Of a DNA stretch of 64,000 bases, positions 23,501 to 32,463 are shown piece after piece. Within the stretch, counting starts at the first letter, position 1; each line of letters begins with the position of its first letter. The stretch comes from Rhizaria sp. SCN 62-66. Lineage: Eukaryota. The position numbers were made by a program, and so were the translations under genes. The notes below the pieces were generated by a model that had not been told where the DNA came from, did not search any database, and saw only the letters and a program-made list of their open reading frames with translations. The DNA lies in NCBI GenBank assembly GCA_001724265.1, contig MEDY01000069.1, positions 1-64,000 on the forward strand, read 5' to 3'.

Positions 23501-24262
23501 CCGCTGGGGACCAAGATGACGGGCTTCCTGTCGCCCTTCGACGTGCCCGACTCGATCCTGGGCAACACCTCGGCGTCTGAGTCGGCGTCGTCGTTCGCGC
23601 CGCCGTCGTGGTGCCAGGCGCTGACCGACTACGCGTACATCGCGCCCGACTCCGACATCTCCACCACGCTGCGCAACACGCGCGCGCCCACGTCGGCCTT
23701 CATGGTCCGCAGCGGCTCCCTCAGCACCAACACGACGCGCCAGCTGTTCGAGGCACTCGAGGCGCTGTCGTCGCGCCCCATCATGCTCAAGTACCTGGGC
23801 GCGTACGGCGTGACGCACCCGTCGGCCAACGGCGGCACGATCACCGTGGTCAACACGCGCATCACGACGACGACGAGCAGCGGCAGTACTGCCGTGTCGA
23901 CCTCCAAGGTCACCTCGCCCGTCGTCGCGCCCGCGGCAACGCTGCTGGGCACGCAGGCCGCGACCGACGCGCACCTGAGCACCTGGCAGACCGTCATGGA
24001 GAGCTACACGCCCGGCTTCTCGCAGTTCCTCACGTGCCAGATTGAGACGCAGGCGCTCATGCTCTCGGCCAACGGCCCGTCGCAGGCGCAGTGCTCCATG
24101 GGCGCGCCCCGCGATTGCGCCACGATCGGCCCCGCGCGGTTGTACCTCACCGACAACTCCAACGCAGCCTCCGCGCTGGCCGTCGGCTCGCTCGGCGCCA
24201 TGCTCACGGTTTTCGCCGCGGCCATCGCACTCGCGGGCGGGCTCGAGGGGCTCACCAAGTGA
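17561..24262 (+). CDS. Secreted, probably GPI-anchored protein with five tandem transferrin-like (PhnD/transferrin fold) lobes (2 exons: 17561-17905, 18086-24262; about 2173 aa)
   Basis: Signal peptide (LLRQLLALAVLVCAAALLPMVSA-QD); five internal repeats, each with A[L]...[AV]D...[LV]D, F.SLRG..SC[HS]G-like, F...CA[AP]P..C..C, Y.G..GA...L.EG.C.VA[FL].R and P....M.R motifs matching transferrin lobes; C-terminal small-residue site plus hydrophobic tail (SNAASALAVGSLGAMLTVFAAAIALAGG). Confidence 0.8.
17906..18085 (+). other. GT-AG intron in the transferrin-like gene (180 nt, phase 0)
   Basis: Donor CAG|GTGCGT at 17906, branch-like CTGAC near 18070, acceptor TTCAG|GTC at 18085; join RFAHQ/VVVVE matches RYGHQVIMQE and RYGHQIVAVE in lobes 4 and 5. 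Confidence 0.88.
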
Positions 24263-24698
24263 GATCAATAGTGAGCTGTCTTGGAGATGAAGTGCGGGAG
24301 GCCACTTACATGAGTGTTTGTTAGTGACATTTTGGACGCCAACTACTGCTGACACAATGCTGTTGTATGATTGGTGTTCGATGGTTAGATTAGTAGTTGC
24401 GGTTGTGCTCTATAAATTAGTATATGCAAGATAATGAAGATTATTTGGTTTTGATGGGGCCGCCGCCGCGTTCCGACTGCACGAAAGGAAAGTGCAAGAT
24501 GCAGCACGAGTTTGGTCACGTGCGCAGCGAACGGTATCGCGCGTTATCGGGCCACCGAGAGTTACTAATATGAATAAACGTAATATTAAAAAAGAAAATA
24601 CATTTATTTTTTTATATACTCGTCAATAATTGCCAATAATAACCATTACAACTCTACGCTGGCCACGTCGTTGACCAACGGCAACTCATGTTTTTATC

Positions 24699-27600
24699 TC
24701 ACTCGCTGCTCTTGTCCGCGGCGACGCCAGCCTTGTCCCTGCTGCCCCCCATCGCGGCGCAGAGTGCCTCGATGCCCCGGAGCGCGTAGAACTCCCTATA
24801 TACGCCGACGGGCAGCGCGGCCATCGCGGCGACGGCCTTCTGCGCGTGCACCAGCACCACCGCGCCGGCGACGACGTCCTTGTTGCCGTAGACATCCTTG
24901 CCCGCGTAGACCTCGGGCAGCAGGTGGCGCCAAAAGACGTTGACGGACACACCAACGTCGCCCGGCAGCGTTTCGACGTGGTGCAGCCAGAAGGCCGGCA
25001 GGAAAAGCACGTCGCCGGGTTCCAGCACGCCCTCGATGCGGCGCGCATGCGCCGACTGCAGGTACCGCGCGGGCAGCGCGCTGTCCGCGTCGCTTTCAGC
25101 GGCCGAAGGCAGGCGCGTGAAGGGCGCGGAGGACGCGTCGGGCGCGGCGGCGATACCCAGCGCACCGGCGTGCGCGGGAGCCCACAGCGTGACGCGCTTG
25201 CGGCCGCGCACGTGGACAAGGAAGTTGTCGGCAACGTCGAAGTGCGGCCACAGCTGCAACCCCGGCGACGACACGCGCAGCACGGAGCTGAACGCCGCGG
25301 CCTCGGGCACGAAGGCCGGCACGGTGATGTCGCGCGCAAGCTCAGGGAACGTTTCGGCGATGTCCGCGACGCTCTTGCGCGCGTCGGCGCCCACGGAGCG
25401 CAGGTACATATACTCCGCAGCGGCAGCGGCGCCCTCAGAAGAGCCCTCAGAGGAGGCCTTGCCCGCGGCGAGCAGCTCGGCCATGCCAACAGTGCGGAAG
25501 CTGTAGTTGCGCGGCTGCATATTCATCAGCGGCGTGTTGGCCACGTGCACGGGCAGCTGCACGCCCTGCGTGGCGCGCGTGAGATACGCGTCGTCCGCCC
25601 AGCGTGCCACGCACGGCCCCACGTCCAGTCCGCGCAGAATCACAGGCGCCGACACAGGCAGCACCAGGGCCGCAAACTCGGTCGCGGTGCATCCAGTCAC
25701 CACGGGAAGCTCGCGCGCAACACTCGCGCGCGCTGCTGCGCAGTCGCTTGCGGGAACGTCCGCAAAGACAGGCGGCACGGGGATGGGCTCAGCGGCCGCG
25801 GCGACAGTGGCCATCGCGGAGGCGATGCCATGCTCGCGGGTCCCGGGCGTCTGCGCACGCGCCAACAAAGAGGAAGACGGGGTCAGAGCTGCACCGCAGT
25901 CGGAGCGCACGAGCGCGGATAGCGGCAGCGACGGCGACTGCGGCAATGACGCCGGGATGACTGGCAGCGCGTTCGATCCAGTCGCAACAGGTGTCGCAGC
26001 AGCCGTGGCCCTGGAACCACTACCAGACTTAGCCACAGCTAAAGCAGTGGTAGCCGCAACAGTCACCGCAGGAGTGTTCGCAGCGGCGGTCGCAGCGACA
26101 TTAGCAGCGAGTGCGGCGGCAGCGAGCGCCTTGACTACCGCGGGAGGCAGCTCAGCAGCGTCCTTCGCGTCAGGTGAGAATGCAGCGATGTCGACGACGA
26201 CGTGCTCGACCTGCGGCGCGTAGGACTTGACGACCTCGACGTGCGTCACCTCGAGTGCCCACTCGCGCTTGCCCGCGCTCAGCAGCGGCGCCGCGGGCGC
26301 GGGCGCGCGCAGGGATGAGAGCGCGAGCGCGGGGCTGGCCAGCACGGCGCCGGCGGCCGGGTGGACCGTCAGGCCGCGCGGCAGCACCACGGCGGCGCTG
26401 TCGCCGCTGCTCTTGCTGTTGGCGGCGCCGTGGGCCGCGGGGACGGCGACCGAGTCGAAAACGACCCCCTGCTGTTCGGCCGTCTCGCGCGCGACGTCGG
26501 AGTCGAGCAGCGCGCGAAGCGCCGGGAGCAGCGTGTTGCGCGCCCACGCGCGGCCGCCGCCGCGGGGCACGTTCATGTGCACGTGGAGCATGCCGCCACG
26601 CGTGCGCAGCGCGGCCAGCGCGGCGAGCCAGCCGTCCTCGCTGGACGGGATGAGGCCGAGCGACACGCGGTCCGCGGACTCGCGGACGAGCCACCGCACC
26701 GCGGCACGCCGGTTGTCACCGGGCACCACCGTCACGCGCGACGACGCCGGGGCCACTGCCGCAGCGCTGTTGTCAATGGAATCGGTGGTGTTGCGGCGCA
26801 GGGCGCGGCGGAGCGCGACGACCGAGGGCGGGTTAAGCTCGCATGCGAACACGTGCTCCGCGCGCGCGCGGACGACGTATGGCAACGTGAAATACCCTAC
26901 GCCCGCGTACAGGTCAACCATGGTCTCGCGCGCGCCCAGCGCGGCCGTCAGCGCAGCGGCCGACGCGCCCGCGAAGGGGCTCGCAAAAGCAGCAGTAGGA
27001 GCAGTGGGGGCCGAGGCTTTGGCGAGCGGCAGCGCGGCAGCGGCGGCGGCGGCGTCAGCGGCCGCGAGAGGTGCGGGCATCGCGGCGGCGCGGGCCTTCT
27101 CGGTGGTGTTTCCAGAGGAGAACATGCTGCGCAGCACGTCGAGCGCGTACACGATGCCGTTCTCCTTGTGCAAGACCCAGCACGTGTCGCGCGCGAAGCC
27201 CTCCGCGGCAGGCGCGGGCACGCACGCCTCGGCCGCGGCGCCCGCGGACACGCCCGCGGCGACGGCGTCGGCGGGCGCGGCGGCGTAGATGTCGTCGTCC
27301 TCCGCGGCGGCGGCGCGCGCGGCGGCGGCGACGGGCCCCGCGGCGCCGCCCTGCGTCCACAGCAGGCGGGCGGCACTGGAGCGCACCAGATCTCCTGCCA
27401 CGGGTGCCTGGCGGGCGAGCGCGGCGACGCGCAGCGCGGCGGCGATGAGGCCGTACACGGTGTCGGCCGCGAGCGGGGCGAAAGAGGACGGAACCGGGGG
27501 CAGCTCGGCGGAGTCGGCGGCGGCGGCAGCGGCGCGAGACGGCTGCTTCTTGTTCTGCTGCTGTTGCTGTGAGGGCAGAGGGGCAAAGTAAGACGTCTCG

Positions 27601-29657
27601 CCTGCGGCCACGTTCTCTGGCTTCTTGATCGCAACAGCCCCGGCGCCACCAGCCGCAGCATCCGCGGTTTCAGGGGCAGCCCTGTCGGCGGCGCGCTCAG
27701 CGACGGCGCCGGTGGTCAACAGCTCCCAGAGCCCGCCCACGGCGCCGATGGGGGAGCTGGCCGGCAGCAGGGCCACGTGGGCCCCCGCCACAGCGTCCTC
27801 GTCACCGGTTACGCTGTTGGGAGCGTTGGTGTTGGCGAGAGGGAGGAGCGAGGTGCGGCCGAGGACCTCCCAGCGGTGCGGCGGCAGCGCGCGCATGGCG
27901 GCTTTGTACAGCGCGTCGTGCGGCGCGAGCCCGTGGCGCGAGAGCAGCGCCGACAGCGCGGACGTCAGACGGGTCAGCGGGGAGCTCGTGCCGCCGCCGG
28001 CCGCCGTGGCCACAGCCGCAGTCGCGGCTGACGAGGCAGCAGCAGTGGCGGTCGCGCTCGCAGGCGCAGCGGCCGGCACGGGAGCCGCGGTGGCGGTGAG
28101 GGCGGACACGGGGAGCACGACGGCTGTCGCGACGATCGCACCCGCGTCGGCAGCGGCGTTTGCACCGAGAGCGGCGAGCGCAGCGGCAGTGACGCGCGCG
28201 TGCGCGCCGTCCTTGTCCTTTGGCTCGAACTTGGCGGCGGGTTTGACCGGTGTGCAGCCCGAGGTGCTGACGGCGGCGGCGAGCGCGGCGGCCGCGGCGG
28301 CGAGCGCGGCCGTGTAGCCGGCGCTGGGGCCCGCGGGGGCGCTGACTGCGAGCGCGGCGTCGACTGCGAGCGCGGCCGAGACAGAGGCAGCGGCAGCGGT
28401 AACGCTCGCGCTCGAGAGTGCAGTGTGCGGGAGAGCGACGGAGCGCGCGAGAGCGAGCGCGATGGAGCCGGCGGGCGTGAGCGGGAGCACGGACCAGGGC
28501 TCCGACGACACCGCCACAGGCGCGATCGCACCCGGCACACCCGAAGCCGCAGTCGCAGTCGCAGAGGCAGAGGCAGAGGCATCATCAGCGGTCTGAGCGA
28601 GGAAGGAGGCGATCTCAGTGACCGCGGTCAGTGCCGAGCCGGCGTCGATCGCGGCCGCTACGGCCTCACCAGTCAGCGCGCTGAATGACGCCGTGTTGGC
28701 GCCGCTGGCGGCGCTGGCGTTGGCGGCGGGGCGGTCGAGCGCGAGCCAGCCGCGGGCCTTAAGGCTGTCCTTGTAGAACTTGGTCAGGCGGCGCGGCACG
28801 GCGACAGCCAACGGCGCGGTCACGGCCGCAATTGCAGCGGGCGTCGCCGGCTCTGTCGCAGCGCGCGCATTCTCGCTAGCGTTGCCGCTGTCGCTGTTGC
28901 TCTTGGCCGCGGCGGCGGCGGAGCGCGAGGAGAAGAGGTGCGAGACGGCCTTGAGCGCGTCGGTGAAGGCGTCGATCTTGGCGAAGTTGCGGCGCTGCTT
29001 CGCGTTGGCAAGCGCAAGCACGGAGCGCACGTACGCGCAGTTGACGACAAGGCGGCCCGCAAGCACGACGGGTGCATCCACGCGGAGCGCGCCGCGCACG
29101 TTGACGATGTACCGCTTCGCGACGGCCGTGATGCCAGAGTCACGGTACCCGCACTGGTGCGCCAGAGTCAGGAAGTGCGACGCGGCCTCGAGCGTGCGCG
29201 CCTCGATCGCGAGGATGAAGCCCTCGTAGCGCAGGTGGATGTTGCCCTCCATGTCGTCAGCGTTAGCATCCGAGTCTGCGTCGGCGTTGTCACCAGAGAC
29301 TGATTGCTCGGGGATGGCGGCGGGCTCGGAGGAGGGCACAGCGGGCGCCGGGAGCAGCGCAGCGTCGGTAGAATTAAGGTACGGGCGCAGAGCGTCGAAG
29401 ATTTGGGACTCAGTGGCGTACGAGTGTTCAGCAACAAGCCACGTGCCGCCCTTGTCGGCGCTGCCGTCGCGGAACAGCGTGACGCGGCCGGAGCAAGAGC
29501 TCGTCGTGTAGATGTCGTCCTGCGAGTTGATGTACGAGACGAGGTCGAAAACAGGCGCGTCAATCGACCCCTTGGGGGATTTGTCTGTAATACCCTGGCG
29601 CAGACCCTCGAGCACGGCGAAGCGGCGCTGGTCGAAAGCGCACTTGTCGCGGCTCAT
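24699..29657 (-). CDS. TYW3-TYW2-TYW5: tRNA wybutosine biosynthesis triple fusion: TYW3 methyltransferase + TYW2/Trm12 aminocarboxypropyltransferase + TYW5 JmjC hydroxylase (1652 aa)
   Basis: TYW3: DKSPKGSIDAP, YTTSSCSGR, GYRDSGI. TYW2: LPPHRWEVLG, ENGIVYALD..SMFSSGN.TEK, VDLYAGVGYFTLP, ACELNP, GDNR, ADRVSLGLIPSS, VKSYAP. TYW5: PVILRGLDVGPC..RW, YLRSVG.DARK..ADI...FP.LA.DI, FSSVLRVSS, LWPHFDVADN (HxD), LEPGDVLFLPAFWLHHV, SVNVFW, KDVYGNKD. Single uninterrupted ORF. Confidence 0.88.
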   Translation of the reverse strand: MSRDKCAFDQRRFAVLEGLRQGITDKSPKGSIDAPVFDLVSYINSQDDIYTTSSCSGRVTLFRDGSADKGGTWLVAEHSYATESQIFDALRPYLNSTDAALLPAPAVPSSEPAAIPEQSVSGDNADADSDANADDMEGNIHLRYEGFILAIEARTLEAASHFLTLAHQCGYRDSGITAVAKRYIVNVRGALRVDAPVVLAGRLVVNCAYVRSVLALANAKQRRNFAKIDAFTDALKAVSHLFSSRSAAAAAKSNSDSGNASENARAATEPATPAAIAAVTAPLAVAVPRRLTKFYKDSLKARGWLALDRPAANASAASGANTASFSALTGEAVAAAIDAGSALTAVTEIASFLAQTADDASASASATATAASGVPGAIAPVAVSSEPWSVLPLTPAGSIALALARSVALPHTALSSASVTAAAASVSAALAVDAALAVSAPAGPSAGYTAALAAAAAALAAAVSTSGCTPVKPAAKFEPKDKDGAHARVTAAALAALGANAAADAGAIVATAVVLPVSALTATAAPVPAAAPASATATAAASSAATAAVATAAGGGTSSPLTRLTSALSALLSRHGLAPHDALYKAAMRALPPHRWEVLGRTSLLPLANTNAPNSVTGDEDAVAGAHVALLPASSPIGAVGGLWELLTTGAVAERAADRAAPETADAAAGGAGAVAIKKPENVAAGETSYFAPLPSQQQQQNKKQPSRAAAAAADSAELPPVPSSFAPLAADTVYGLIAAALRVAALARQAPVAGDLVRSSAARLLWTQGGAAGPVAAAARAAAAEDDDIYAAAPADAVAAGVSAGAAAEACVPAPAAEGFARDTCWVLHKENGIVYALDVLRSMFSSGNTTEKARAAAMPAPLAAADAAAAAAALPLAKASAPTAPTAAFASPFAGASAAALTAALGARETMVDLYAGVGYFTLPYVVRARAEHVFACELNPPSVVALRRALRRNTTDSIDNSAAAVAPASSRVTVVPGDNRRAAVRWLVRESADRVSLGLIPSSEDGWLAALAALRTRGGMLHVHMNVPRGGGRAWARNTLLPALRALLDSDVARETAEQQGVVFDSVAVPAAHGAANSKSSGDSAAVVLPRGLTVHPAAGAVLASPALALSSLRAPAPAAPLLSAGKREWALEVTHVEVVKSYAPQVEHVVVDIAAFSPDAKDAAELPPAVVKALAAAALAANVAATAAANTPAVTVAATTALAVAKSGSGSRATAAATPVATGSNALPVIPASLPQSPSLPLSALVRSDCGAALTPSSSLLARAQTPGTREHGIASAMATVAAAAEPIPVPPVFADVPASDCAAARASVARELPVVTGCTATEFAALVLPVSAPVILRGLDVGPCVARWADDAYLTRATQGVQLPVHVANTPLMNMQPRNYSFRTVGMAELLAAGKASSEGSSEGAAAAAEYMYLRSVGADARKSVADIAETFPELARDITVPAFVPEAAAFSSVLRVSSPGLQLWPHFDVADNFLVHVRGRKRVTLWAPAHAGALGIAAAPDASSAPFTRLPSAAESDADSALPARYLQSAHARRIEGVLEPGDVLFLPAFWLHHVETLPGDVGVSVNVFWRHLLPEVYAGKDVYGNKDVVAGAVVLVHAQKAVAAMAALPVGVYREFYALRGIEALCAAMGGSRDKAGVAADKSSE

Positions 29658-29957
29658 GGTGCGGACTCTGCCTACAGGTTGGAAAAAGAGGTTGTGATCG
29701 TCAAGTGAGAGCGTTATATTATACAAGAAGATAAGACTACCTTTTATATTTAAATGCTAAATTATACAAGCCAATTTCCCCATTAAGGCCTTCAGCCAGC
29801 ATTTGCCACTTGCCCTCTGTAAGACGACGTGCACATGGCGATGCCCACTTTGCCCACACCTCACCCTGACTTAAACCACTCAATGTTTCTCACTGTATGT
29901 GCGCTTTATGGAATTTCCATACCTTTTTACGCCTGTTTCCACTTGCTGCTGTCCAGA

Positions 29958-30411
29958 ATGGATAAACCTGAACCTCCGTTGCCAACTATGGCCACTGGTG
30001 CTGATGCCACGAACCTCCTCTCCCACATGTATTCACCCGCGTTCGCGCCTCTAGTTGACCAGGGTGCGATCATTCATGTCACAGCATGCTACGAGCACCC
30101 TGCACAGTTAGCCAACGGCGACCGCTGCTACTACACGCTGCAAATCAACCAGCACACGCCTAAGTCAGACTGGGACTTTTTCGTCCTCAACTCGTCCCGC
30201 GCCGTCGCCGACGTCTCCCTTATCTCCGGACAGCTGCTGCGCGACGAGCCGCATCTGCACTGCGGGATTCAAGGCCGTCCCGACGTTGTTGCGGCACTTT
30301 GCGATTTGCGCAAGCAGCGCATCGCTCACAATCATCCTAACTTGACGACTGTGCCTGAAAGTGCGACTGAGGCAAGTACTGGTTCGAGTGCTCCTGCAAA
30401 CGCCGACGATG

Positions 30412-30442
<31 letters not shown>

Positions 30443-31574
30443 GACCACTCGTCCTCTGGGTACCCTATCCTCTGGTCCCGACTGTTTCATTGTCACCCGG
30501 TTGTACAACTGCGATTTTACCGACAGCGCCTCAGCTTGCGCAACAGAGGCCGAGTGCGTTCTTCCGCTCACACACTCGATCTTCTCTGTGCAGCCGCCCG
30601 GTTCCGTGACGTTCATCGCCCCGGCTGCGGCTGCTCAGCGCTTCCTCGGCTCCACTGTTCCCACTCTGACACACGGAGCCCGCGTCGCAGTCACCGCCTC
30701 TGCTAGCACGTTGTTGGCGCAACGCGGCGTGCGCGTCTCCGCCGTAACAAGCCAGCCGAGCAATAACACCGCAGCCAACGCGGGCAGCATGCTCAGTGCA
30801 AGCGCTATCATCAACAGCATCCGCGCCGCGGGTGCCCGCATTGTCTCCATCGAGCTCGGTCCGAACTCGACCCACATGTGCTACGCGCGCGCCCCGTTCC
30901 CCACCCTCGCGAACATGAGCAACAGCAACGCTGCGATTGCGCGCGATGGATCGGGGTGCTCGAGCTCGAACTCGATTAGTGCTGCACTGACGACTGAGAC
31001 CGCAGGGGCGAGCGCTTCTGGCGCCGCCACTGAGACATTGGTCGACGTGCTGATGTTCTCAGTGTACCGCGGGCCCCTCAACTGTGCCGTCAGCGACGTC
31101 ATCGTGCCCGACTGGGCCGGCGTCAACTGCTCGAGCTGGGGCGTTCCCGCGTCGCGCTGCGCCGAGCCCACCAAGAGTGACGGCGACGCGACGACCTGTA
31201 GCGGCCCGAGTTTGCGTTTGGACTCTTGCTCGACTACCAATGCTGGTTTCCACCCGTTGCCAGGGTACGCTCTTGGCTTCACTTTGCAGCAGTTGCACCG
31301 CGATTTCGAGCTCATCAACGCCCCCTTCAACCCGCGCTATTGCGACTTTGGCATCAAGACCCCCCCCGTGGCCGCTACGCACGCGAGTGTTGTGCCGGCT
31401 GCGAGTGGCACTGAAGCTCCAGCGGCGGACCGCGCACAGTGCCCGTGGGGGACTGACGGGGCGCACCTCTCGTACGAAGGCTGGACTTTCTATCTCCTCA
31501 AGCGCCGCGGACACGCGCAACACAGTGATGTTTCCGGCAGGGCTGACAGCTGTGACAGTTGCAGCAACGCCTGA
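29958..31574 (+). CDS. Hypothetical protein (538 aa), no recognisable domain
   Basis: Long ORF with ATG at 29958 immediately after an acceptor-like CCAG; contains a poly-Ala tract like neighbouring genes; weaker codon bias; TGA at 31572-31574. Confidence 0.55.
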
Positions 31575-32463
31575 ACGCTTGTATAAACGCAAGCGCGACT
31601 GTATTCCGAATGTACATTACTCTCTTGCAACTGTTGAAAAAACCTTGGCCGTCGCTTCACAAACGGTCCAGGGTTCATTGAATAAACTTTTACGTCATGA
31701 TCCTATTGTATGTGATTGTTGTCGAAATCGACATAATTGAAGAAGAATTAAAAAACATCACATGTGCTTCTTCGAACAGGCTTATCACAAAATACACTGA
31801 AGTCAAATAGTAATGAAACCTTTTCTGTAAGTCATGTGTATTGAGTAGTATTAAAAAGGCTTCGCTGATTTGTCACATCACAGGCGTCTTATCACGAAAG
31901 AAGACGGGTGAGTATAAAGCAAGGCACCCGTTTACACAGATGCATAATACACCATCTATCACAAAGCGATCGCAAGCTGTAGCGATAGAGACCATTGGTG
32001 TACCACGGAATGAGGACAACAACCATCAGATATGTGAGTAAGCTTACGAACATAATAGTCATGTCAGACAACCCCGCTGGAAGGATAGTAATACAGCGGT
32101 TCGTGCCGGACTGCCACGGATGAGAAACGAAAGAGCCGCAAGTACAAAGGACACGGTTAGGACAAACCGTACTGGATTGCAAATTCTCTGGTGACAGTAG
32201 TCAAACTAATGTAAAATGACATGATCTAAAAAACCCCACATCGTCACAGGAAGTCACGCTCTTAGACATTTGCACTAGACATTTGCACTCTTCAAAGAGC
32301 CAGTAGCTGATTGGCTTGAGTACACATGCCTCATATCTTCTTCCAAATATGTACATGAACAAATAGTAACAACCGCAAGAGTCCACATGCAAGCCATGAC
32401 CATCTCACCGCAGCATACTCACTAAGATACGTGAGTTGCTGATCGGTGGGTTGCGCAGTATTC

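Noticed and set aside
31841-32400. Small ORFs in AT-rich spacers (also 5465-6389, 39179-39766)
   Set aside because: Short, no coding-type codon bias, no motifs; probably UTR or intergenic.
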